Assembly (NCBI GenBank): GCA_964016885.1
Contig: OZ024744.1
Location: 41,912,001 to 41,976,000, forward strand
From: Eledone cirrhosa
Taxonomy: Eukaryota
Direction: 5' to 3'
Length of the DNA stretch: 64,000 bases
Position numbers and translations under genes: made by a program
Shown here: one piece after another, positions 13,022 through 24,930 of the stretch
Position numbering within the stretch: the stretch's first letter is position 1
Layout: each line of letters starts with the position of its first letter
Notes under the pieces: model-generated
Database searches by the model: none
What the model saw: the letters and a program-made list of their open reading frames with translations, nothing else
What the model was told of the DNA's origin: nothing

Positions 13022-13518
13022 TAAGGGATAACAAAATATCGTTATAGGTAATCCAGTTAGAGGTTGTGAATACTTCGTATTGTGGATAGTTTTTTAGCGT
13101 ACGGCGTTGTTTGACTCAACAAGAGGTTTCCGTAGGTAGCGAATTTATGAGTTCTCTGGCATTCCTATATAAGTTTATCTTGGAGTAATAATATTGAAAT
13201 AGTGAAGAATAACATGGTCAACAGTACAAAGAAGGGTTTATTTACAATGTAATCAATCGTTTCACTGATTAAGTTGTCTAAAAGTTGCTGAACTCTTGAA
13301 GCTGTGCCACTCAATTTTAAATACGGTTTTAGCTTAACCAGATCATCATCAGTCCTTCTGATGATCTGGTTAAGTTAACAACGTATTTAAAATTGAGTGG
13401 CACAGCTTCAAGTGTTCTGCAATCTTTAGACAACTTAATCGGTGAAACAATTGTAAATACTGTAAATAAAACCCTTTTTTGTACTGTTGACCATGTTATT
13501 CTTCACTCTTTCAATATA
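13022..13518. mobile_element. Fold-back Penelope-like terminus
   Basis: Arms ~13192-13346 and ~13360-13518 are reverse complements; hammerhead core at the centre; (TA)n on both sides. Confidence 0.75.
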
Positions 13519-13539
13519 GTTATATATATATATATACTG

Positions 13540-14605
13540 TAGTAAAAGTTTGGTAGAAATATCCAAGAGTAAAAGCACTCAGTCCCAAAGATGAGTTAAG
13601 TATAATTTGTTATAACAGTGACATATACAGGTACTCTTCTAGCAAAGCGTCTTTGATAGGGCAGCACCCTGCTATAATTGAGCACTAAGAAACAGCAGCT
13701 TCTTTGAAAGAAATCACTTGCTCTCCAAATCGCCGCCCTACATCTAGAAAGAAAAATCTAGATATAAAGATGTCATATGGTTTGCACAACCTTTCGCACT
13801 TAATGTGAAAACTAATGTAGGTAGAAAATTGCTAATCCTACTAGATCTTCACTTCCCTGTTGACCATGAATACTGTCAGATATTCAATTGCCATACAGTG
13901 AAAATAGGCTACTTGTGTACTAATAACGTTTAAACCCCACATCACCAGCAAATGCAAAAGCCCTCCACCGTACAGATGCTCATGACGAAGACCACAGACA
14001 TGCCCACTATACCAACAGTGCAACACTCCAGTGTACATGGAACCTTAAAAATAACGGCACAATTTTTCCATCAAATTGAGTGTATTAGAAAAATCTACCT
14101 AATAATGGGACGAAATTTGCTGCCTTTGTAACTCAGAAAAATGGAATATACTCTCTCAACTGGCTTCAGATAAACACTGCTTAAATATGCACCTTGATTG
14201 TTTTAGCCACTGTCCACAAAAAACGAAGTACATTCTAAGTAAATGGTATAGACCTGCCTAACTAATTCTAATGTCAAGGAATATTTTTTAAGATTATTAA
14301 TTAATTTGTATGTCAAGTAATTTGGATTCTTTGAGTTAAACGTTTTCAAAAATTTTCCCTACTCTTGATATTAGTTTTGGAAGAGTTACCTCCATTGAAC
14401 CTGTCTAATAATTTTGGTTATTTATAGCTATTTATAACTATTTTCGAAATTACCTGCCTTTATTAGAACTCTCAAATAATCTTCATAAAAGAAATCAGAT
14501 TCAACCACCGGAGGATATCTTTGTTTTATAACAGGCTGAATGAGTTGGAGTGCATAACCCAACGAAACTTAAGTACCTGTATATGTCACTGTTGAAACTA
14601 ATTAT
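13540..14605 (+). mobile_element. Decayed Penelope-like (Naiad-type) 3' fragment with GIY-YIG remnants
   Basis: Manual translation: TVKIGYLCTNNV, CS*RRPQTCPLYQQC, ICCLCNSEK, CFSHCPQKTKY; short inverted terminal piece at ~13605-13635. Confidence 0.75.
14531..14580 (+). ncRNA. Type I hammerhead ribozyme motif (core CTGAATGA)
   Basis: ACAGG-CTGAATGA-GTTGG..CCAAC-GAAA-CTTAAG-TA-CCTGT; stems I and II pair perfectly and stem III is a palindrome. Confidence 0.8.
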
Positions 14606-14616
14606 ATATATATATA

Positions 14617-14692
<76 letters not shown>

Positions 14693-15305
14693 AGAAGCAA
14701 AAAATTGCTTATTGTGATCCAGTTTTTGGTTAAGAAAGCCAGTTTCATGGATGGTTTCAACGTACGGTTAGGGGTAACTCCACAAGTTTGTAACAATTCC
14801 GTTCAATCTTGGAGTATAAAGTATAAAAGAGAAAACACAGGTAAGCATTAAGAGAAGGATTTTATCCAGGCATTTACGACCGTTTCATTGGTAAGTGCAA
14901 CCTTATATTGCTATACTGCAAATAGCAGCCACTCAATTATAATTGTTGTTCACAGTCCAAATTTTCAAAATAGTGAGTTACTCTTGAAACAATTTTTAAT
15001 ATATAGAGAAAAACATTTATTTGGAATTGTATTTACTAGTATAGAGAGACAGGAATCAGGAGGTGAGGGGACAGACGGCATAGTATAGAGAGAGAGGAAG
15101 GGGGAAGAGGTAGGAAGTAGAATGACAAACTGAGATGGAGGGAGGGGTAGAGGTGGAAGGATTCTTTGGTCAGTTTTGATAGCAGACATCATGTCGTGGA
15201 GTGTAGTGAGTTAAAGAGAATTAAATAGATAATTGTAGGAAGGATGGATAGAGAGGGAGAGAGAGAGAGGGGGCGGGGAGATATAAAGAGATAAATATAT
15301 ATATA

Positions 15306-15810
15306 TGTGTTTCTCTCTTTCTCTCTTACTGCTCCCTCGTTCTCTCTGTTTCTCTTACTTTCTTTCGTCCCCTCTGCCATGTCAGTTAACTCTTTCTCCC
15401 TACTGACCTCTTCCTCGCACTCCCACTCACTCAATCCCTGTTTCTCCCCTTCTTTCTTCCTCCCGTTCGCTGGGAAAACGGTTTTCATTCTTTCTAATAC
15501 CGGATTCACTAGCGAAAGGTCTGTTTTCTGACTCGCTCATATATTTACACAGCTTATGCTGAAAGAATAACTATGTTGTTTGTGTTTATTTCCATCTTCG
15601 GTTAGCTTCCCCCTGTGTTGTTTACTTGTCTCACTCGCTTTACGCGTTTCTATTGTCCTAATAACTTATTTTAGTTATTATCGCTCCAACGTGAGGTATA
15701 TGATTTTTAATGCGATGAAATACCCATGATCGTTTGGTAAATCACTGATGAGGGACTCATTTTATAACATGTTATCCATGTGCAACCAGCAGTATTCTTC
15801 TCACCCATAT
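15306..15810 (+). mobile_element. Unrelated repeat fragment replacing part of the family B 3' UTR
   Basis: Absent from the mirror copy (19950-20790); pyrimidine-rich, with a CTGATGA core at ~15745. Confidence 0.45.
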
Positions 15811-16044
15811 TTTCATATATATATATAAAGATTATAAAGACAAAAATAAAAGCAAAGAAGGGGGTGAGAAAGAAGAAAAGAAAAGATAGCCAAGAAGGGG
15901 GAAGGAAGGAAGAAAACGAAGAAATAGAAGAGGAATGAGGGAGAAGGGGGGTTATATGTAATGGTTTTGTGGGTAATTAAAAGGTTTAGATATAAGAGGG
16001 TATAAAGTCTAAGTATATGCAGTTTGTCAGTTGGTAGTAAGAGG

Positions 16045-18403
16045 TTAAGGGTTCGATTTGTAGTGCGAAAATTTCTCTTTGAGTCTATGGTTACAATAAA
16101 TTGATCTCTCAATTTTGTTGTTGAGTAACCTATTCTTCGGACTTAAGATGTGGAACAGCTCAAGGTCGCATAATCGACAGCTTCTCATACCACTCCGATA
16201 TGGGGGCGCGTTCGATATTTTTTCCACTTCAGGGTGTATTGATGGTTACTTTCCCTCAGTTGCCAGGTCTTGTTTGCAAGGGTAGTTACATAACGGTGCT
16301 GGGAATGTTTCATTGCGTAACGGTGTGTATACCAACGAGCTTTAAATGTATTCCCAGTCGCTCCGATGTAATACCATTTCTGGTTGTTTGATTCCACTGT
16401 GCATTGGTAAACCAAGTTAGACTGCATACATTCATTCTGTAATGGACAGGTTTCAGGTAGGTGGCAGTTACATTTCTTGTTATGGGCAACTTTGGCATTA
16501 TTTGTGGGCTGCGATGCCTGAACAAGTGTGTTACGTTTTGTTTGCCTATTAGTGGGTGGTTGTGTATTAGATATTCTGTTGTGTTCGGTGGTAATTGTAT
16601 TGTTATTGTTGTAAATTTGTGTTTTGGTGTTGTTATGTATCTTTTTAGCGTTAAGCATCTTAATCTGTGCCTCTATATTTGGTGCCGTGGAGTAGGATAG
16701 TCTAATAAATTTAGTGTTAAGGATTTTGCTGTATCTATGTGAATCTGGAAAGTGCCTATTTATTATTCTAAAGAAAGTAGAGGGTAGGTTAGTACTAATA
16801 GAGGTGTTAAATATGGGGTTATACCAAATATATTTTCTACTACGTGACTTGTTTGATTTCGATGTTGTATTTCTATTTGCCGTATACTTTGCAGTTCTAT
16901 GCGTAAATGTGTGTATGCGTGTGTTTCTGGAGTTTGTGTTATGCGTGTTCGTGTGCGCTTCACAGAGGCTTTCATCTATATATTCTATTCTATCTAAGTG
17001 GCCTGCCTTGTCTAATTCGGTATTGTAGTATTCTGCATGTTCCTCGAAGATTTGCCGGTTAGATGAGAGGCGGGAGATCCTAAGGGATATGTTGCGTGGA
17101 ATGGATTTAATTATTGATAGTGGGTGGTTTGAGTTACAGTTGATGTATGCTAAGTTTTCATTAATCTTGTGAAAAGGTCTTATAAGTCCCGTATTTAGGT
17201 TAAGCGTCACATCTAGAAAGTTAACTGTTTTAGTGCTATACTCATACGTTATGCTAAGGCCTAGTTTTCCGAGAGTCTTTCTAATATTCTTACGGAGTCT
17301 TTCTGTGCTCTGGTTATTTAGGTTCTTAACTAGGAGAAGGGCGTCGTCTCTGTAGATTCCACGGTGAAGGTCGCTAAACTCGCTTTGTAAACTATGGGCT
17401 ATGTAAATACCTACTAAGTCGGTGACTTGAGCCGAGTCATTAGCCCCCATCGTGATGTCAAAGTTATTTAATCTCTCCTTACGTTTCCAATAGGCGTTTT
17501 CAAATTTAATTATTGTTTTCCTAGCAGCTAATATGATTTTTATCTCGTCGTCTGTTATGTCAGAATTGGCTTTGGCGAATGCTAAGGCTTTATTCAAGGT
17601 GTTGGGGGATATAGATGAGTAATAATCGTTAATGTCAAATTGTATAAATTTAGATACTTCTTTGTTAGCTATATTGTTAAACCACTTAATTGTTTCGGTA
17701 GCGTTAACCCATAGTTTAATCACTAGTTTATTCTTCATTTGTGCTATCACTCTGTCTAATATATGTTTACTAATTTTCCCGATGTCCGATTTGGATGGGC
17801 ATATAAGTCTAATAGTGGGGTTATAATCAAAATTTACCTTGTGGTTTTTGAGGTTAAATGTGGGGGTACATGGTTTAAGTGGCTCCGTTCTGTCGTCTAT
17901 TCCTAGGTGTTTGACTATATTGTGTGCCTCGTTGTTGATGTTTATCAGTGCCGCCTCATTTGTTTTTTTTTGTATTTCCTATGTAATTCCTTCCGTATGA
18001 AGCTATTGTATGTATTAACATCCATCGTATACACATTTGATGTTTTGTCCGCTTTGACAATAATTCCATTGGTAGTTCGCAGCTTTTTTATGAATGTATT
18101 TATGTCATTCTGGAGTTTATTATTCCTCCGCTTTTTGAATTTGATATTCATAATCATCTTCAGTAAGTCCTGTTCAAAGGCATCCAGTTGAGGGTTGGTA
18201 GGTGGGTTTTTACACGATTTGAAGCCGTATGTTTCCTTGTTATATTCCACGGTGCGACCATTACGTCCTTTGTCGAAATGGAAAGTTTTCCATCTAACTC
18301 TGCGTATAAAGTCGTTTGTTCGCTGTATCATCCCCAGAGTATAATCCTTTCTCCGAGGTATAGGAATGTTCTTTAGGGACATACCTATGTAATGCTTTTC
18401 CAT
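16045..18403 (-). pseudogene. Penelope RT-GIY-YIG ORF (~785 codons) with two frameshifts at homopolymers
   Basis: MSLKNIPIP N-terminus; FIQFDINDYYSSI, ITMGANDSAQ, GIYRDDAL; CNCHLPETCPLQNEC; LVYQC..YYIGATG; CRLCDLE, CNHR. Confidence 0.93.
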
Positions 18404-18530
18404 GGTAGTACCGTATCTTTAGGTGGTTGCTCGACCGATAAGGAGCCTGTAGTTAGAGAAGCAAAAAATTGCTTATTGTGATCCAGTTTTTGGTTAAGAA
18501 AGCCAGTTTCATGGATGGTTTCAACGTACG

Positions 18531-19729
18531 GGTATAGCACTAAAACAGTTAACTTTCTAGATGTGACGCTTAACCTAAATACGGGACTTATAAGACCTTT
18601 TCACAAGATTAATGAAAACTTAGCATACATCAACTGTAACTCAAACCACCCACTATCAATAATTAAATCCATTCCACGCAACATATCCCTTAGGATCTCC
18701 CGCCTCTCATCTAACCGGCAAATCTTCGAGGAACATGCAGAATACTACAATACCGCATTAGACAAGGCAGGCCACTTAGATAGAGTAGAATATATAGATG
18801 AAAGCCTCTGTGAAGCGCACACGAACACGCATAACACAAACTCCAGAAACACACGCATACACACATTTACGCATAGAACTGCAAAGTATACGGCAAATAG
18901 AAATACAACATCGAAATCAAACAAGTCACGCAGTAGAAAATATATTTGGTATAACCCCATATTTAACACCTCTATTAGTACTAACCTACCCTCTACTTTC
19001 TTTAGAATAATAAATAGGCACTTTCCAGATTCACATAGATACAGCAAAATCCTTAACACTAAATTTATTAGACTATCCTACTCCACGGCACCAAATATAG
19101 AGGCACACATTAAAATGCTTAACGCTAAAAAGATACATAACAACACCAAAACACAAATTTACAACAATAACAATACAATTACCACCGAACACAACAGAAT
19201 ATCTAATACACAACCACCCACTAATAGGCAAACAAAACGTAACACACTTGTTCAGGCATAGCAGCCCACAAATAATGCCAAGGTTGCCCATAACAAGAAA
19301 TGTAACTGCCACCTACCTGAAACCTGTCCATTACAGAATGAATGTATGCAGTCTAACTTGGTTTACCAATGCACAGTGGAATCAAACAACCAGAAATGGT
19401 ATTACATCGGAGCGACTGGGAATACATTTAAAGCTCGTTGGTATACACACTGTTACGCAATGAAAAATTCCCAGCACCGTTATGTAACTACCCTTGCAAA
19501 CAAGACCTGGCAACTGAGGGAAAGTAACCATCAATACACCCTGAAGTGGAAAAAAATATCGAACGCGCCCCCATATCGGAGTGGTATGAGTAGCTGTCGA
19601 TTATGCGACCTTGAGCTGTTCCACATCTTAAGTTCGAAGAATAGGTTACTCAACAATAAAATTGAGAGATCAATTTATTGTAACCATAGACTCAAAGAGA
19701 AATGTTCGCACTACAAATCGAACCCTTAA
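18531..19729 (+). pseudogene. Inverted 5'-truncated copy of the family B ORF (RT thumb plus GIY-YIG)
   Basis: Nearly identical peptide to the 16045-17240 region; internal TAG at 19259-19261. Confidence 0.92.
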
Positions 19730-20680
19730 CCTCTTACTACCAACTGACAAACTGCATATACTTAGACTTTATACCCTCTTATATCTAAACCTTTTAATTA
19801 CCCACAAAACCATTACATATATCCCCCCTTCTCCCTCATTCCTCTTCTATTTCTTCGTTTTCTTCCTTCCTTCCCCCTTCTTGGCTATCTTTTCTTTTCT
19901 TCTTTCTCACCCCCTTCTTTGCTTTTATTTTTGTCATTATTATCTTTATTTTTATTTTTTATATATATATATGTACATGTATGTATGTGTATATATTATC
20001 AAATCCTTCAATATACAAACCTTAACTTTACATTATCTTTCTCTTCGTTAACTTTCAAATTCTATAATACTTGTTTACTCTTTCTACATCACCCATATTT
20101 ATCACTTCCTTTTCTTCTCTTCTAATATCTAACCCCTAATCTGTACCTTTTCTCACTCTTGCCTAACATAGAATCAATTATTACATAATACAACACATTC
20201 TTACTCTATATCACCTTGTAAAAATCCTTCGTAAACATATACATTTTTTTTGACGTTAGAATATTCATCCTCAATTCATTATTCTTTTCTCCCTATCATC
20301 TAACTCATTATTCTCAATACATATTAACTCCTTCTTTTTCTTCGCACATATTTTTCTCTTCGTTAATTTTCAAATTCTTTTAATTTATACATTATCTTAC
20401 AACGGTTTTCAACCTCTCTATGTAAAACAATATATCTTTCTCAGTTATAAAAACTATCTCTCTCTCTTTCTATCACCCATCTCTCCTCCTATCTCATTCT
20501 TCCTCATTATACTCCTCCTTCTCCACCTTCACTCTCATCTCCTTCTTTTTTTCACCCCCCCCCCCTCTAAATAAAATATTTTTCCCAATATCACACATCA
20601 ATCTAAAACTACTTCTCATATGTTGATTTAAAACTGAACTATCCACAAGTGTTTTTTAACCTTCATATCATGTCCTCCTG

Positions 20681-20747
20681 TTTTATCTGATGAAAACACA
20701 AATATTATTGCATGATGATATTTGTTTCTGAAATGCGCATAATAAAA
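20681..20747 (+). ncRNA. Type I hammerhead ribozyme motif in the family B 3' region
   Basis: TTTTAT-CTGATGA-AAACA..TGTTT-CT-GAAA-TGCGCA-TA-ATAAAA; canonical core, palindromic stem III. Confidence 0.85.
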
Positions 20748-20779
20748 TACATGGAACTCTTTTAACCATCTTTTGTTCT

Positions 20780-20817
<38 letters not shown>

Positions 20818-21282
20818 CTCTTTATATCTCCCCCCCCCCTCACTCTCTCTCTCTCTATCCATCCCTCCCACTATTATCTATTTAATTCTCTTTAACTCAC
20901 TACACTCCACGACATGATGTCTGCTATCAAAATTGACCAAATAATCCTTCCACCTCTAGTCCTCCCTCCATCTCAGTTTGTCATTCTACTTCCTACCTCT
21001 CCCCCCTTCCTCTCTCTCTATACTATGCCGTCTGTCCCCTCACCTTCTGATTCCTCTCTCTATATACTAGTAAATACAATTCCAAATAAATGTTTTTCTC
21101 TATATATTAAGAATTATTTCAAGAGTAACTCACTATTTTGAAAATTTGGACTGTGAACAACAATTATAATTGAGTGGCTGCTATTTGCAGTATAGCAATA
21201 TAAGGTAGCACTTACCAATGAAACGGTCGTAAATACCTGGATAAAATCCTTCTCTTAATGCTTACCTGTGTTTTCTCTTTTA

Positions 21283-21332
<50 letters not shown>

Positions 21333-21334
<2 letters not shown>

Positions 21335-22776
21335 AGTGGCATCAGAGCTGATGAAGAGGTGTGATTTTGATGATATCATCCTGGGGTTCTGTAACGGGGC
21401 ACTGGAGAAAGGAGTTGCCCCGAATCAGTGGAGGATCGGTAACATCGTCCCAGTGCCAAAGAAGGGAGATCTCTGTAACACCAACAACTACCGGGGGATC
21501 TCACTGACGTCACTTGTGGCAAAGACCCTCAACAGGATGATTCTTAACAGGATCCAGCCTGAGATGGAGAAGAAGCTCAGGGACAATCAGAACGGCTTCA
21601 GAGAGGGTAGATCAACCACCAGTCACATCCTGATGCTGAGGAGGATATTAGAGGGAGCTAGAGCAAAGTGCCTTCCTGCGGTCATGGTTTTCATTGACTT
21701 TAGGAAGGCCTTTGATTCTGTGGACCGTTACTGCCTGATGAAGATCTTACAGGCTTATGGAATCCCCAAGAGGATAGTGGACCTGATATCACTGCTCTAC
21801 ACCAACTCCAAAGCCCAAGTCATTACACCTGATGGGATGACAGAGTTCTTTGAGATACTGGCTGGAGTGCTCCAGGGAGATACATTGGCTCCCTACCTTT
21901 TTATCATCGTAGTGGACTATTGTATGCGCCTTGCACTGGAGAAACACCAGGACTCTGGCTTTACTGTAGCACCGGCTCAGAGCAGGAGAGTTGGGGCGAA
22001 AAAGGTATCGGATGCTGAATTTGCCGACGACTTAGTTTTGGTGACAAATACAGTGAAGGAGGCAGAGGATTTGATGCGGGAGGTTGAGACTGTGTCGATG
22101 AGTGTGGGGCTGAGAATGAATGAGACTAAAACAAAATATCTGGTAGAGAATGTTGAGAAGCCAGAGGGGATCACTAATGTAGGCGGGAAGCCGCTGGAAT
22201 TGGTTGAGGACTTCCTGTATTTGGGAGCAAAGATTGGGAATACGGAGGATGATGTGGTTGAGAGGAAGAGCAAGGCCTGGGCGGCGTGCCACAGCTTGAG
22301 ATCGGTGTGGAAGTCGGACCTTCGTAGAGACCTGAAAATCCGCCTCTTCATTGCTGTAGTGGAGTCTGTGCTGCTGTATGGGTCTGAGACTTGGACACTG
22401 ACCAAGAAACTCACTCAGGTGGTGGATGGGTGCTACACGAGAATGCTGAGGATGACTCTGAACATTAATCAGTATACACTGAGGATGAAAAACTCAGAGC
22501 TGTATGGGAGCATCCCAAAAGTCAGCTCAAAAGTGACACAGAGGAGACTGAGGTTGGCTGGACATGCTCACCGACATCCAGAGTTGACATTGCACTCAGT
22601 GCTCCTTTGGGAGCCCCTACATGGACACACTAGAAGAGGAAGACCAAGGTTAACATATGTTGATGCCCTAAGGACACACACTGGTCTGTTGGAGATGCGG
22701 GATATGGCAGCGATAATGAGGGACAGAGACCGCTGGAGAGAACTCGTCCATGGATCTCGGGAATTTTACCCGCCTT

Positions 22777-22778
<2 letters not shown>
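21333..22778 (+). mobile_element. RTE-type LINE, 5'-truncated, RT portion uninterrupted
   Basis: NYRGISL, QNGFR, FIDFRKAFDS, GVLQGDTLAPYLF, FADDL, LLYGSETWTL, RRLRLAGH; inserted in (TA)n. The ORF-track N-terminus is microsatellite. Confidence 0.92.
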
Positions 22779-22811
<33 letters not shown>

Positions 22812-22822
22812 GTTTCAACAGT

Positions 22823-22885
<63 letters not shown>

Positions 22886-22903
22886 TCATCATCATCATTA
22901 TTT

Positions 22904-23270
22904 TATAGCGAGGATACTGGGTTGTATGAATGTAACAAGGAATACATGGTTTGGTGTATAATATTTAATTAACAATGGTAGATAGTATACTTGACATGTC
23001 AAAGATAGATGTTAGAATGAAACAAAGTTAGTAGTTACCGTTTTGATTGCCAGGCAAACGCGGCTGGCAGAGGACGCCTGGCTAAGGCCAGGCGCCTGTT
23101 GGCCAAATTAATGGCAGAGCCAAATGAGAGGCTCTTGACCTGGTGCCGAAAAGGCAAAGAGAGTTAGAAAGCTTAAAGTTGTTAGTTTTATAGGGCTCTG
23201 ACCGGAAGTTGCAGAAAGGGTTCTACCTCCCGTCTAGATCCCAATCAAAACAAGGGAGACAACCGCTACA
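22904..23270 (-). mobile_element. Solo LTR with 4-bp target-site duplication ATTT
   Basis: Minus strand TGTAGCG...CGCTATA; ATTT at 22900-22903 and 23271-23274; shares the CTTCCGGTCAG..CCCTATAAAA motif with the LTRs at 58655-59742. Confidence 0.8.
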
Positions 23271-23310
23271 ATTTCATCATCATTTTACGTCCGCTTTTCC
23301 CTGCTTGCAA

Positions 23311-23388
<78 letters not shown>

Positions 23389-23439
23389 GCGTGTATAATG
23401 GTAGCTATGGTGCTTCCATAGGCGGTATGCAGAGTGTGA

Positions 23440-24918
23440 ATAGTATAAAAAACGAAAAATCAGTGATGCATCTTCGACTCAGTTTATTGCATGTTACAAT
23501 TGTTTCGCCGGCAAGTAGCTCGAGACATGATCACTGTATGGCTGATTCTACGGCTGCAGGTTCCTTCGGACACATTCAATTCGTTCGGAGCAAATTTTCT
23601 CACTGGGGTGTTATCGTCAAAAAACACCTTCAAAAAACATCTTCCACTCTTGTCATGCCATTGGCTGTTGATTTTCAACGTCATCATAAGTTCTGGTCAC
23701 TATTTACTGCTACACTGGTCATCAGCCATTCTCCGTCCGACACACTTCAATGGAGCCATGCTGGGTTTGGTATCTCACACGTCTGTTCACACCCCCGAGT
23801 ATGTACCCACATATACACACACACATACACACGCGCAGGCACACACACATGTCTGCAATCACATATGTACGCTTACATGTGTAGACACACATACCCCCAC
23901 GCACATACACACACACACACACACTCTCCCTATCTTACATATGTATATGTGTATGCGTGTGTGTCTCCATGCGTGTGTATATGTGTGTGTGTCTATGTAC
24001 ACACACATATATATGTATGGTGCGTGTATCTGTCAGTGGGCGTGTGTATGTGTGGGTGCGTAGGTACACCCACATAAGACAGGGTTTGTCTATGTGTTTA
24101 TATGCGGGTACAAGTACTTGTGTGTAGATATATGTACAGGTCTGTATCTGTGTGTGTATGTGTGCTTATGTCTTTGGAAATGTGTCTGTCCTTGATACCT
24201 ATCCATAATGATATGCGTGTATGTGCGTATGTATATCTATGTATGTGTCTGAGAGTGTTTGTGTATATATGTGCAGATGTACCCGAACGCCGATATGTGT
24301 CTTTGTATGCGTGTACGTGTGTGTCTGCGCTTGTGTGCGCGTATGCGTGCGTGTGAGACCGGATGTAAGGGGCTGTTTTGGCAGGCTCCAAGAGGCATGT
24401 GGTAGTCGGTATGGGGGGGGGGGCTTGGGTATGTGTAAGAGAGGGAGAGTGTGTGTGTGTATATATGTGCGTGGGGGTATGTGTGTCTACACATGTATGC
24501 GTACATATGTGTATGCATGCATGTGTGTGTATGTGTGTATGTGGGTACATACTCGTGGGTGTGAACAGACGTGTGAGATACCAAACCCAGCATGGCTCCA
24601 TTGAAGTGTGTCGGACGGAGAATGGCTGATGACCAGTGTAGCAGTAAATAGTGACCAGAACTTATGATGACGTAGAAAATCAACAGCCAATGGCATGACA
24701 AGAGTGGAAGATGTTTTTTGAAGGTGTTTTTTTACGATAACACCCCAGTGAGAAAATTTGCTCCGAACGAATTGAATGTGTCGGAAGGTATCCTGCAGCC
24801 GTAGAATCAGCCTGATCCATACAGTGATCATGTCTCGAGCTATCTGCCGGCGAAACAATTGTAACACGCAATAAACTGAGTCCAGATGCATCACTGATTT
24901 TTCGTTTTTTTATACTAT
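23440..24918. mobile_element. Fold-back element with ~450-bp arms
   Basis: 23440-~23900 is the reverse complement of ~24445-24916; GAAACAATTGTA motif in both arms; (TA)n flanks. Confidence 0.8.
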
Positions 24919-24930
24919 ATATATATATCA

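Larger units (their letters stand above)
14688..21285. mobile_element. Penelope-like family B composite: full ORF on minus strand with upstream pLTR piece, plus an inverted 5'-truncated copy
   Basis: 14688-14769 repeated at 18451-18530; 18531-19940 mirrors ~15830-17240; ~20800-21285 mirrors ~14820-15305. Confidence 0.93.
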
